Shown in pieces: positions 48,339 to 58,740 of a stretch of 64,000 nt of DNA. Position 1 is the first letter of the stretch, and the number at the start of each line of letters is the position of its first letter. The notes below the pieces were generated by a model. It ran no database searches. It saw only the letters and a list, made by a program, of their open reading frames with translations, and was not told the origin of the DNA. Position numbers and translations under genes: made by a program. The DNA is from an uncultured delta proteobacterium (GTDB lineage Bacteria > Myxococcota_A > Polyangia > Fen-1088): assembly GCA_963767925.1 (NCBI GenBank), contig CAVYGB010000013.1, positions 192,001-256,000 of the forward strand. Reading direction: 5' to 3'.

Positions 48339-49079
48339 CTAGCGTGCGACGAAGGCGCGCAGGCCGTCGAGCACGGAGTCGGGGATCTCGTGGCCGCCGG
48401 CGAAGGGGGCCCAGGTGACGGCGAAGGCGTGTTCCTCGAGCAGGCTCTTGAGCCGCTCGCTGCCGGCGAAGGGGAGGACGTAGTCCTGGCGGCCGTGGCT
48501 GAGGAAGACGGCGGGCTTGTTCGGGCTGGCCGCCATCCGCTGGCGCCAGAGGTCCTGGGCGAGCAGGTTGCCCGACAGCACCGCCACCCGATCCACGGGG
48601 GGATCGGCGGCCAGCGCCACGTCCATCGCCAGCATGCCCCCCTGGGAGAACCCGGCCAGGACCAGCACCTGCGGCTTGAAGCGCGTGCGCACCTCGCGCA
48701 GCAGCGCTTGCACGCCGGCCCGCGCGGCGGCCAGCCCCTCGGGGACCTCGGCGGCGATGGGATCCGGTTGCCCGCGCTCGATGGCCTGCTGCCGCCGCTC
48801 GAGATCGAGGGGCCACCAGGCGCGTCCGCCGGCCGGGTGGGGCAAGGGCGCGGCGGGCACCACGTACCGCGTGTCGGGGCCGGCCAGGTGCTGGGCCAGG
48901 GGGACCAGGTCGTCGCCCGGGGCGCCCCACCCGTGCAGCAGCACCACCAGGCGGGCGCTGGGCTGGTCCGCGGTTCCTCCGATGATCTTCACGTCGAGGC
49001 CTCCAGTCGGGTTGCGGGCACCGCTCCCCGTGCGGCAGGCCGCCAGCAACAGGAACAGCGTGACCAAGCAGGTTCGCAT
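48339..49079 (-). CDS. Phospholipase/carboxylesterase, probable lipoprotein
   Basis: LHGWG, GFSQG, HGRQD, GGHEI; lipobox LAAC. Confidence 0.9.
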   Translation of the reverse strand: MRTCLVTLFLLLAACRTGSGARNPTGGLDVKIIGGTADQPSARLVVLLHGWGAPGDDLVPLAQHLAGPDTRYVVPAAPLPHPAGGRAWWPLDLERRQQAIERGQPDPIAAEVPEGLAAARAGVQALLREVRTRFKPQVLVLAGFSQGGMLAMDVALAADPPVDRVAVLSGNLLAQDLWRQRMAASPNKPAVFLSHGRQDYVLPFAGSERLKSLLEEHAFAVTWAPFAGGHEIPDSVLDGLRAFVAR

Positions 49080-49180
49080 CGCCGGCCGAGTTTAACCCAG
49101 CAGGCGGGCCCGGGCGCGCCGCGCGCGGGTGTCGAGAGCGCGGACTGGGCCGAGATCTCCGCTGTAAAATTATCCGTTCG

Positions 49181-49221
49181 CCCTCGCCCCGCGAAGCGGG
49201 GGAGAGGGAGGGGTGAGGGGG
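49181..49221. repeat. REP-like hairpin of the same family as 7985-8375
   Basis: ccctcgccccgc gaa gcggggagaggg followed by gggtgagggg. Confidence 0.65.
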
Positions 49222-49243
49222 CTCCGGCCAGCCGCTCGGGGCT

Positions 49244-50407
49244 CTAGCTGGGCTGCCCGGCCTGATCGTCGAAGCGGCGGCGCAGCTCGCGCCAGCGGGC
49301 CAGCGGCAGGCCGTAGCTGCGCTCCATCTCGTCGCGGGCGTGCACGGCGTCCAGCTTGCGCCGGGGCGAGGCCATCTCGGCCAGCACGCCGTCGACCCGG
49401 GCGAGCGCCCCCTCGACCTCGGCCCGGGGCGCGTCCAGGCACTCGGTCCGCAGGGCGGCCAGGCGGCGCAGGCGCCCCTGCAGGGCCACCACCAGCTCGG
49501 CCAGCGGGCTGGCCGCCGGGTCGTCGATGAAGAAGGCGAGCTGCTCGGTCTCGGCCAGCGGCTGCAGGTGTTGGCGGATCCCGGCCCGGGCATAGGCCAG
49601 CTCCCACTCCGGCAGCGAGCCCAGCTCCATCTCGATCTGGTGGCGCCGGCGGGCGACCGCCGCCACCTCGGCGGCCCGGGCCTGCAGCGAGCCGCGGGCC
49701 AGGAACAGCCGATCGAAGGAGGCCTTCTCGAAGACGTAACGCCGGTAGAGCTGCCGGAAGCGGCGGACCCCCAGGGCCTCGCCGTGGCGGGAGAGGAGCT
49801 CGCGGGCCTGCCGCCGGTGGCGGTGGTAGCGGCGCTGCCAGAAGCGGCCTTCGTATTCGGAGGTGTCGAAGCGGGCCGCGATCAGCTTGAAGAACAGCGG
49901 CTCGGCCTCCAGGGCGTCGAGCGTCTGACCCAGCCGGTCGAGCCGTTCCTCGAGGTCCTTGCGCTTCTGGTCCAGAGCGGCGCAGACCCGGGCCGCCTCG
50001 ATCAGCAGCGGGTCGCGATCGATCTCGGCCAGCGCCGCCACCAGCTCCGCCTGGCGGGCCTGGCTCCGGCGCGCCAGGGCGCCTGGCTCCATCTCGACGA
50101 GCCCCAGCCGGGTAGCCAGCCGCTCCATCGCTGGTCCCTCCAGCGTGGGCAAGGACACCTGGAGCAGCTCGGCCCAGGCGGCCGCCAGCTCTTGCTCGAG
50201 GTGGGCCCGGGTGTCGCGGTGGCGGGCCTGGGCGGCGCCGAACGCCGCCAGCTCGTCGATCCCCATGCGGCGCTGCTCGGCGGCGAAGTCGCGCAGCTCC
50301 CGTCCGCTCATCCGCCCGGCCGCCCCCATCCGGATCGGCTCGGCCCGGCGACCGATCGGCCCCGCGCCCCCCTCCAGGCCGTGGTTCTTGGCGCCCTCTA
50401 TCTCCAT
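49244..50407 (-). CDS. Hypothetical helical/coiled-coil protein
   Basis: Long ORF with GC-rich third positions; start uncertain; no family recognised. Confidence 0.65.
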   Translation of the reverse strand: MEIEGAKNHGLEGGAGPIGRRAEPIRMGAAGRMSGRELRDFAAEQRRMGIDELAAFGAAQARHRDTRAHLEQELAAAWAELLQVSLPTLEGPAMERLATRLGLVEMEPGALARRSQARQAELVAALAEIDRDPLLIEAARVCAALDQKRKDLEERLDRLGQTLDALEAEPLFFKLIAARFDTSEYEGRFWQRRYHRHRRQARELLSRHGEALGVRRFRQLYRRYVFEKASFDRLFLARGSLQARAAEVAAVARRRHQIEMELGSLPEWELAYARAGIRQHLQPLAETEQLAFFIDDPAASPLAELVVALQGRLRRLAALRTECLDAPRAEVEGALARVDGVLAEMASPRRKLDAVHARDEMERSYGLPLARWRELRRRFDDQAGQPS

Positions 50408-50513
50408 CACGGGCGATGGTGGCACGCCCGCTCCCACCCCGCAAAAAACCCACCCTTTCCGGCCGCGCCCGCCGCCGGCGGGCCGAGGGAGGCGACGACC
50501 CCCCTGCTGCACG

Positions 50514-52150
50514 TCATCGAGTCGCTGAAGCGACCAGCGCCCGCGCCTCCTGGATGATGCGCTCCAGGTGCTCGGGGCCGCGGAAGCTCTCGGCGTAGAT
50601 CTTGTAGATGTTCTCGGTGCCCGAGGGCCGGGCGGCGAACCAGCCGTTGTCGGCCGTGACCTTGAGGCCGCCGATGGACGCTCCGTTGCCGGGGGCCCGG
50701 GTCAGCACCTCGCGGATCGGCTCGCCGGCCAGGGTCTTGCTGGTCACGTCGGCGGGGGAGAGCGCGCCCAGGCGGGCCTTCTCTTGCGGGGTGGCCGGCT
50801 GGTCCAGCCGGGCGTAGAGGGGCTCGCCGGCGGTGGCGACGATCTCCCGGTAGTGCTCGCCGGGATCTTTGCCGGTGCGGGCGGTGATCTCGGCCGCCAG
50901 CAGGGCCAGCAAGATGCCGTCCTTGTCGGTGGTCCAGACGCGGCCGTCCTGGCGGAGGAAGCTCGCGCCCGCGCTCTCCTCGCCGCCGAAGCCGAGGCTG
51001 CCGTCGGCCAGCCCGGGCACGAACCACTTGAACCCGACCGGCACCTCGACAAGCTTGCGCGAGAGGGTGGCGGCCACCCGGTCGATCAGCGCGCTCGAGA
51101 CGAGGGTCTTGCCCACGGCGGCGCCGGCCGGCCAGCCGGGCCGATTGCCGAACAGGTAGCGGATGGCGACCGCCAGGTAGTGGTTGGGATTCAGCAGGCC
51201 CTCCGAGGGGACCACGATGCCGTGGCGGTCGGCGTCGGCGTCGTTGCCGAAGGCGACCTGGTACTGGCTGCGCAGGTCGACCAGCTTGGCCATGGCGTAG
51301 GGGCTGGAGCAGTCCATCCGGATCTTGCCGTCGTGATCCAGGGTCATGAAGGCGAAGCGCGGGTCGACGGTGCGGTTGGTGATGGTGAGGTCGAGGCGGT
51401 AGCGGGCGGCGATGGCCTCGTAGTAGGGCAGGGCGGCGCCGCCGAGCGGATCGCCGCGCAGCGTACGCCCGCCGACCGGATGGCCTCCAGGTCGAGCACC
51501 TGCGCCAGGTCCTCGACGTAGGGGGCGACGAGGTCGCGCGCGTGGGTGGTGTCGGCGGCCTGGGCCTGGGCGGGGGTCACCCGCCGCACCTCGCGGTTGC
51601 GCTCGCGCAGCAGGGCGTTGGCCCGATCCTGGATCCAGCCGGTGACGGCGGTGTCGGCCGGCCCGCCGCTGGGCGGGTTGTACTTGAAGCCGCCGTCTTC
51701 GGGCGGGTTGTGCGAGGGGGTGACGACGATGCCGTCGGCGAGCCCGCTGGTGCGCCCCCGGTTGTGGGTCAAGATGGCGTGCGAGATCGAGGGCGTGGGG
51801 GTGAACCCGCCGCCGGCTTGCACGACGGTTGTCACGCCGTTGGCCGCCAGCACCTCCAGCGCCGTCACCTCGGCCGGTCCCGACAGCGCGTGGGTGTCCT
51901 TGCCCAGATAGAGCGGCCCGTCGATGCCCTCCTTCTTGCGGTAGTCAACCAGAGCCTGGGTCACCGCCAGGATGTGGGCCTCGTTGAACGACCCGCGCAG
52001 CGACGATCCCCGGTGTCCGCTGGTCCCGAAGCTGACCCGCTGCTCGGGGTCCGCCGGATCCGGCGCCCGCCCGAAGTAGTCCCGGATCAAGCGGTCGACG
52101 TCGACCAGCACCTCGGAGGGGGCCGGTTTCCCGGCGAGCGCATGCGCCAT
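50514..52150 (-). CDS. pgm: Phosphoglucomutase (alpha-D-glucose-1,6-bisphosphate-dependent); frameshift at about 51460
   Basis: [34 protein letters not shown]; frames join at GVR/DPLGG. Confidence 0.92.
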
Positions 52151-52320
52151 CCCCGCAAGCTAGATCGTTCCCCCCGCCCCGTCACGCCGCCCGCACTTTG
52201 ATTCCCGAAGTCAGGCGCCCACCGACCTCGCCAGGACCCCTGATCCGCCGTCGCGGAACTGGCCGCCCTGGAACCACCCGTGACCTCCGGCCCGCGCGTT
52301 CGAACCGGGCCCGGCCGTAA

Positions 52321-52348
52321 CCAGGGGCCTCCCGAAAGAGGCCCCTGG
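52321..52348. terminator. 11-bp stem hairpin downstream of the DUF1080 gene
   Basis: ccaggggcctc/gaggcccctgg. Confidence 0.55.
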
Positions 52349-52365
52349 GCGGCGCGGTCGAGCCG

Positions 52366-53310
52366 CTACTTGGTGGTGAGCAGCTCCATCTCGGGCGGGT
52401 TCTCTTCGATGAAGACGTTCCGCCAGAGGATCCGGTGACCGGTGTTGTGGGCCTGGAAGGCGATCGGGCCGCCCTTGACCGGCTTGCCGTCGTCGAACTT
52501 CTTGGTCTCGGTGGCCTTGCAGGTCTTGTTGGTCTCGCCCAGTAGGCAGCAGGCCGTCCGGAAGGTGCCGGCGGTGCCGTTGCCGAGGATCTCACACTGG
52601 CCCCACTGGCCGTCGGGGACGTTGGCGCCACGGCCGGTCTCCTTGGGAGGACCGAGATTGCCACCGTTGGGCGCATTCGGGCGGTAATCCCAGAGGTCGC
52701 CACCGGGCGGCTGGAACTGGACGCCGCCGCAGGTGCCGCTGTTGGGGGACTGGCAGAACACGATGATGTTCGCCTTGTGACCGCCGCCGAGCAGCTTGTA
52801 GTCGAACACGAGGCGGAAGTTCTCGTACGAGCCAGCGCTCACCAGCACGCCCCGGCTCGCGCCGGTGCTGAGGATGGAGCCGTCCTGGACCGCGTAGACC
52901 TCGCTCACGGCCTTCCAGCCGTTGAGGGTCTTGCCGTCGAAGATGGACTTGCAGTTGGGGCACAGCGGGTGGGCGCCGGGGAAGGTGGTGGAGGCGTTGC
53001 CGCCGTCGGCGGCGCCACCGTCGGGCCGGCGCGCATCGCCGCCGGCGCGGTCGGCCGCGCGATCGGCGCCACGGGCGTCGGGCGTGCGGCCACCTGCGCC
53101 ACCTGCGCCGCCGGTGCCGGCCGAGCCGCCGGTGCCGGCCGAGCCGCCGGTGCCGCCCGTTCCCGCCGAGCCGCCGGTGCCGCCCGAGCCGCCACGGCCA
53201 CCCGAGCCAGCGGAGCCGCCGGTGCCACCTGTGCCGCCGCCGGGAGAATCTTCGCCGCAGGCTCCCAGGAGGAGGCCGCAGGCCAGCATCGAATAAACCA
53301 GTTTTCGCAT
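52366..53310 (-). CDS. DUF1080 (3-keto-disaccharide hydrolase-like) lipoprotein with Gly-rich linker
   Basis: Lipobox LGAC; IFDGKTLNGW; YENFRLVFDYK; GPIAFQAH; WRNVFI. Confidence 0.85.
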   Translation of the reverse strand: MRKLVYSMLACGLLLGACGEDSPGGGTGGTGGSAGSGGRGGSGGTGGSAGTGGTGGSAGTGGSAGTGGAGGAGGRTPDARGADRAADRAGGDARRPDGGAADGGNASTTFPGAHPLCPNCKSIFDGKTLNGWKAVSEVYAVQDGSILSTGASRGVLVSAGSYENFRLVFDYKLLGGGHKANIIVFCQSPNSGTCGGVQFQPPGGDLWDYRPNAPNGGNLGPPKETGRGANVPDGQWGQCEILGNGTAGTFRTACCLLGETNKTCKATETKKFDDGKPVKGGPIAFQAHNTGHRILWRNVFIEENPPEMELLTTK

Positions 53311-53546
53311 GTCGAATGAGTGGTGTGGGCGACCCAGCGGCAGCCAAAAATCCAGTGTTTCGGCTGGAGAATGCGCAGTCTATTCCTTAGTTTAACGACA
53401 GGTTGTAGCCAATCGCCCCGGCCGCGTTTCGCCGCAGGCCAGCGGCCAGGGCCCGACTCGATGTCGCGCGCACGCGATCCGGATCGCGGCTGTTCTTCTC
53501 TGGCGTCGTGCGTTTGCCGGATGCCCTGCCGCCCGGGGGAGAAGGA

Positions 53547-55070
53547 TCAGAAGCCGTACTGGAGGCCGAGGGAGCCTTCGGCGACGGCGGCGAGGTTGTC
53601 GAAGCCGACCAGGAGGCGGATCTCGGAGGCGAGGAGGACCTGATCGGTGAGGTTGACGAAGAGGGACGCGCCGGGGCCGACGACCAGGGGGCCGCCGGAG
53701 ATCGTGTCGCTCGAGACCACGCCGTTCTGGGGGGCGGGGGCGATCTTGAGGCGGAAGCCGGAGCCGCCGCCCACGGTGGCGGTGGTGAGAAATTGCACCC
53801 GATCGCCGCCCCAGACCTCGTAGTGGATGCGGGCGAACAGGGCGTGGGCGGTGCGGGGGGGCGAGCCGGCGACGCTGCCGTCGGGGCCGCCGCTCGGGCG
53901 GAGGTACTGGTGGCGGCTCTGCAGGGACAGGGCGAGGCGGTCGTCGTACTGGATGCCCAGCTCGGGCATCACGTGCAACATGCCGCCGACCGCGAGGCCG
54001 GTGGAGACGCGCTTGCCGGCGTGGTGCTCGAGGTCGCGGGTCAGGTGGGCGCCCAGGCCCGAGCCGACGCCCAGGCCCAGAAAGAAGCTGCCGGGCGCGC
54101 GGCGGACGCCGTCGGTCGGGCGGCGGCGGGGACGGTCGCCGAGGGCCTCGTCGGGCGGCGCTCCGCCGGTGAGCAGCGAGCTGCCGTCGCGCAGGTCGGC
54201 CAGGGCGACCCGGGCCGCAGGCGGAGCGCCCCGCCGGAGGGCGACGACCCGGGGGGAGCGGTCCTCGCCGAGGCTGGCGGTGACGTGGCCCTCGGCCTCC
54301 TCGGCCTCGATGTAGAACTCGAGCGCCCTGCCGGTCATGTGGTGGGCGGGGACCGAGGCGCTGTAGCCGTCCTTGCCGTCCTTCACCATGCGCAGGGCGG
54401 TGTAGTCCCGCTTGCCGGACGATCTATAAAAGAGGAAGGCGCGCTCTGCCCGCAGGTCGTTGTTGGTCCGGCAGTGGACCTCCATCTCCTCGCGTGGCGG
54501 GGCCACCGACGGGACGGGGCAATCGAGGGGCTGGTAGCCGCTCTCCTCGACCTCCTCGTCCTCCTCGATGGGGCGTTCTTCCGGGGCGGGGCTCTCCTTG
54601 TCCTTGCTGAAGCTGTCTCCGCCGGCGCTGGCCACCTCCGGCGCGGGGGGGGCCAGAAGCTGCTTCTGCCGGCGCTTCGCCTCGCGGAGGGCGCGCAGCA
54701 CGTTGCTGCGCGATACGTCGCGGGTTGGCTGGATGGTGGGCCGGATCTGCAGCGCCTGGGCGAAGTAGCGCAGGGCCCGGGGGCGCTCGTTCAGCCCCTG
54801 CAGGTACACGATCCCGAGGTGCAGATAGGTGCGGGCCGCCAGGTCGTGCCCGAGCAGGCCGTTGGTCTCGGCGAGCATCTCGGCGTCGAGGAGCAGACCC
54901 TTGGCCTCCTCGTGGCGGTGGGCCTTGTAGGCGGCGAGGGCGTTCTTGTTGAGCATCAGGATCTGCTCGAGTGTCTCCTCGTCGGCGGCGGCCGCGCGCC
55001 GCCCGCCACCCGACACGGCGGCAAGCAGGACGAAGAAAGCGAGGGCAACACTCGGTCGGCGGGAGGACAT
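53547..55070 (-). CDS. Secreted TPR + Ig-like + beta-barrel-like protein
   Basis: AAGGAG RBS; signal peptide; TPR (ARTYLHLGIVY...YFAQAL); alternating C-terminal strands ending QYGF. Confidence 0.75.
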   Translation of the reverse strand: MSSRRPSVALAFFVLLAAVSGGGRRAAAADEETLEQILMLNKNALAAYKAHRHEEAKGLLLDAEMLAETNGLLGHDLAARTYLHLGIVYLQGLNERPRALRYFAQALQIRPTIQPTRDVSRSNVLRALREAKRRQKQLLAPPAPEVASAGGDSFSKDKESPAPEERPIEEDEEVEESGYQPLDCPVPSVAPPREEMEVHCRTNNDLRAERAFLFYRSSGKRDYTALRMVKDGKDGYSASVPAHHMTGRALEFYIEAEEAEGHVTASLGEDRSPRVVALRRGAPPAARVALADLRDGSSLLTGGAPPDEALGDRPRRRPTDGVRRAPGSFFLGLGVGSGLGAHLTRDLEHHAGKRVSTGLAVGGMLHVMPELGIQYDDRLALSLQSRHQYLRPSGGPDGSVAGSPPRTAHALFARIHYEVWGGDRVQFLTTATVGGGSGFRLKIAPAPQNGVVSSDTISGGPLVVGPGASLFVNLTDQVLLASEIRLLVGFDNLAAVAEGSLGLQYGF

Positions 55071-55595
55071 ATCCGCTCCTTCTGGGGGCCGGGCTGGCGA
55101 GCGTCCATGCGCTTCTCGCCGGCCTGGGTGGGGGGGCCGCGCGTAACGTAACCCGACGGCATCGGTTTTTCACCCCGGCAACGATGACCGCGCGCGTGGC
55201 GCTGGCCGATGACCACCCGCACCAGGCGGGCCCCGCTGGCTCAGCGCCCGGTCCCGCCGCAGCGACGGCGCGGGCCTTGCCAGCCGCGCGGCCGTGGTCG
55301 AGGCCGCCCGCACGGAGACGCGCGGATGACCCCGAGGACGGCGTGGCGGTCCCGCCTCGCGCGCTCCTCGCGTCAGGGACCGCCGCTCCGCTGACGCGAG
55401 GAGCGTGACGTCGGGTGCGATCGAGGGGGCAGAAAACCGCGCCTCCGGGCGCGCCCGGCCCCTTTTTTACCGGGGCGGGAGCGCGTTTGCCGGGGCCCGC
55501 GCCTGGGCGCACCTGCAAACGATTTCCCCGACGGAGGGCGATGGACAGCCCCGGGACCCTCGTGCATATCATTTTCCGCACCAGGTACGTCCTTC

Positions 55596-58500
55596 ATGCT
55601 CTATCGCACTGTGCTCCGGGTGATGGTGGTGTTGCTGGGTCTCCTGCTCCCGGGGACGGTCGCGGCCGCGCCCGAGGCGGTCGAGCTGGAGCGTGAGTTC
55701 GCGGGCACGGTGCGGCCGTTCCTGGCGGCCTACTGCACCGGCTGCCACGGCCAGGACAAGCCAAAGGGGCAGCTCGATCTCGGCCAGTACGGCGACACAA
55801 AGGCGGTCGTGCGCGACCACCAGCAGTGGGGCACGGTGCTCGAGGCGCTGGCCAGCAAGGAGATGCCGCCCGAGAAGGCCACGGCGCAGCCCGCCCCCGA
55901 GCTGCGGGCCAAGGTCGTCGCCTGGGTGGAGCGGCTGCGCACCCACGAGGCGGAGCGGAACGCGGGCGACCCCGGCCCGGTGTTGCCGCGCCGGCTGAGC
56001 AACGCCGAGCTCGACTACACGGTCCGCGATCTCCTCGGCGTCGACCTGCGGCCCACCCGGGAGTTCCCGGTCGATCCGGCCAACGAGGCGGGCTTCGACA
56101 ACTCCGGCGAGTCGCTGACGATGTCGCCCGCCCTGCTGAAGAAGTACTTCGAGGCGGCCCGGGGCATGGCCGATCACCTCGTGCTCGAGCCGAGCGGCTT
56201 CGCCTTCGGCCCCCACCCCGTGCTCAGCGAGACCGAGCGGGACAAATACGCTGTTTTGCGCATCGTGGACTTCTACCAGCGGCAGGCCACCGACCTGGCT
56301 CGCTACTTCCAGGCCGCCTGGGGCTACCGGCACCGGGCCGCGCTCGGCCGGCCGGCCGCCTCCCTGGCGGACTGGGCGGCGCAGGAGAAGGTCAGCCCGA
56401 AGTACCTCGCCACGGTCTGGACCGCGCTCACCGACACGCCGGCGGAGCTGGGGCCGCTGGCCCGGTTGCAAGCGATGTGGCGCGCGTTGCCGGTGCCCGC
56501 GGCGGCGGCCCAGGCCGATCAGCAGCGGACCGCGCTGCAGGCCGAGACGGGGAAGATGCGCGACTTCGTGGTCGAGCTGCGGGAAAAGGTCGCCCCCCGC
56601 TGGCGCAACCTGCAGCTCAAGGGGGTGGGGGTGGGCTCGCAGCCGTTCGTGCTGTGGCGCAACCGCCAGTACGCCACCCACCGCACCAGCTTCGACCGCA
56701 ACGCCCTCTGGGCCCGGCAGGATCCGGCCCACATCGAGGGGGCGGCCCGCCGGGCGGAGTTCGCCCAGGGCCTCTGGTTCCTCAACTTGCAACTGCGGGC
56801 GCTCAGCCCCGCCAGCCTCGACGCCTACAACATGGACCTGGCCACCGCCCGCATCGGCCACCGGTTCGCCACCTTCGCTCGCGAGCCGGAGCTGGAGATC
56901 CCCTCGGGCGTGGAGGCCCGCCAGCGCCACGAGGTGGCCTTCGAGCAGTTCTGCAAGATCTTCCCCGACGCCTTCTACGTGTCCGAGCGCGACCGCCCCT
57001 ACCTGGACCGGCCCAAGGACCGCCAGCTCAAGGGGCGGCTGCTGGGCGCCGGCTACCACAACATGATGGGGTACTTCCGCGACGACCAGCCGCTCTACGA
57101 GATGGTCCTCGACCAGGCCGGGCGGCGCGAGCTCGATCGGCTGTGGCGAGAGCTCGACTTCATCACCTTCGCCCCCACCCGCCAGCACGCCGACTTCATC
57201 TTCTACGAGCGGGCCGAGGGGCCGAAGATCGTGCGGGGGGCGGAGTTCGACTTCGCCCGCTCGGAGAACCCCAGCTCGATCACCGACGCGGGCATCGCCC
57301 GCCTGGCCCGCCTGTATCTGAAGAAGACCCGGGAGAGCCTGCGCACGAACGGCGGCGACGCCATCGCCATCGAGGTGCTCGAGGACTTCTTCAAGTCGGT
57401 GGCCAGGAACATCCGCCAGGCCGAGCGGGACCGCAAGGCGGCCCAGCCCAGCCACCTCGCGGCGCTCGTCACCTTCGCCGAGCGGGCCTACCGCCGGCCG
57501 CTGCAGCGGTCGGAGCGGGCCGACCTGCTGGCCTTTTACCGGTCGCTGCGCGGGAAGCAGGGCCTGGACCACGAGCAGGCCATGCGCGACACGGTGACCA
57601 GCATCCTGGTGTCGCCCCACTTCCTGTACCGCCTCGATCTCGACACGCGGTCGCGCGGGGTGGGCCGGGGCAAGACCGCCCGCCCGCTCGAGTCCTACGC
57701 CCTGGCCAGCCGGCTCAGCTACTTCCTCTGGTCGAGCATGCCCGACGCCGAGCTGCTGACCCACGCCGCCGCCGGCGACCTGCACCGGCCCGAGGTGCTG
57801 GCCGCCCAGGCCCGCCGCATGTTGCAGGACGAGCGGGCCCGGGCGCTGGCGGTCGAGTTCGCCGGCAACTGGCTCGACTTCCGCCGGTTCGAGGAGCACA
57901 ACAGCGTCGACCGCGAGCGCTTCCCCAGCTTCGACGGGGGCCTGCGCCAGGCCATGTTCGAGGAGCCGATCCGGTTCCTCCTCGACATCGTCCGGGCCGA
58001 CGGCTCGCTGCTCGACCTCCTCCACGGCAAGCACACCTTCGTGAACGCCACCCTGGCCCGGCACTACGGCATGCCGGCGCCGAGCGACCCCCAGGCCTGG
58101 GTGCGGGTGGCCGACGCCGACCGCTACGGCCGGGGCGGGCTGCTGCCGATGTCGGTCTTCCTCACCAAGAACGCGCCCGGGCTGCGCACCAGCCCGGTCA
58201 AGCGCGGCTACTGGGTGGTCCGGCGGGTGCTGGGCGAGCAGATCCCGCCGCCGCCCGCCCAGGTCCCGGACCTGCCCAGCGACGAGCGGCAGCTGGGCAA
58301 CCTCACCCTGCGCGAGGTGCTGGCCAGACACCGGGAGGACACGGCCTGCGCCGGCTGCCACGCCCGCTTCGATTCCTTCGGCCTGGCCTTCGAGGGGTAC
58401 GGCCCCATCGGCGAGGTGCGCACGCGCGACCTCGGCGGCCGGCCGGTCGAGACCAGCGCCGCCTTCCCGGGCGGCAGCGAGGGCGACGGCGTGCAGGGGT

Positions 58501-58739
58501 TGCGCGACTACCTGCGGGCCCACCGCCAGGACGACTTCCTCGAGAACTTCACCCGCAAGCTGCTCAGCTACGCGCTGTCGCGAACCCTCTTGCTGTCGGA
58601 CGGACCGGCGGTCAAGGAGATGATGGCGCGCCTGAAGACCAGCGGGCACCGCTTCGGCGTCCTGATCGAGGAGATCGTGACGAGCCCCCAGTTTCTGACA
58701 AAACGGACCGGCGAGACGCTGGCACAAGGGAGCCACTGA
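55596..58739 (+). CDS. Large DUF1592-family protein with two c-type heme motifs
   Basis: CTGCH...MPP; RRLSNAE; AYRRP; SPHFLYR; LASRLSYFLW; TSPVKRG; CAGCH. Confidence 0.9.
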   Translation: MLYRTVLRVMVVLLGLLLPGTVAAAPEAVELEREFAGTVRPFLAAYCTGCHGQDKPKGQLDLGQYGDTKAVVRDHQQWGTVLEALASKEMPPEKATAQPAPELRAKVVAWVERLRTHEAERNAGDPGPVLPRRLSNAELDYTVRDLLGVDLRPTREFPVDPANEAGFDNSGESLTMSPALLKKYFEAARGMADHLVLEPSGFAFGPHPVLSETERDKYAVLRIVDFYQRQATDLARYFQAAWGYRHRAALGRPAASLADWAAQEKVSPKYLATVWTALTDTPAELGPLARLQAMWRALPVPAAAAQADQQRTALQAETGKMRDFVVELREKVAPRWRNLQLKGVGVGSQPFVLWRNRQYATHRTSFDRNALWARQDPAHIEGAARRAEFAQGLWFLNLQLRALSPASLDAYNMDLATARIGHRFATFAREPELEIPSGVEARQRHEVAFEQFCKIFPDAFYVSERDRPYLDRPKDRQLKGRLLGAGYHNMMGYFRDDQPLYEMVLDQAGRRELDRLWRELDFITFAPTRQHADFIFYERAEGPKIVRGAEFDFARSENPSSITDAGIARLARLYLKKTRESLRTNGGDAIAIEVLEDFFKSVARNIRQAERDRKAAQPSHLAALVTFAERAYRRPLQRSERADLLAFYRSLRGKQGLDHEQAMRDTVTSILVSPHFLYRLDLDTRSRGVGRGKTARPLESYALASRLSYFLWSSMPDAELLTHAAAGDLHRPEVLAAQARRMLQDERARALAVEFAGNWLDFRRFEEHNSVDRERFPSFDGGLRQAMFEEPIRFLLDIVRADGSLLDLLHGKHTFVNATLARHYGMPAPSDPQAWVRVADADRYGRGGLLPMSVFLTKNAPGLRTSPVKRGYWVVRRVLGEQIPPPPAQVPDLPSDERQLGNLTLREVLARHREDTACAGCHARFDSFGLAFEGYGPIGEVRTRDLGGRPVETSAAFPGGSEGDGVQGLRDYLRAHRQDDFLENFTRKLLSYALSRTLLLSDGPAVKEMMARLKTSGHRFGVLIEEIVTSPQFLTKRTGETLAQGSH

Positions 58740-58740
58740 C

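Noticed and set aside
53100..53240. 18-bp repeats in the DUF1080 gene, and similar ones at 24110-24240
   Set aside because: They simply encode GTGGSA linkers common in these lipoproteins
55345..55405. HDV-like ribozyme (CTCCTCGC loop-like word)
   Set aside because: P3 does not abut P1, and the GG needed for P1.1 is absent
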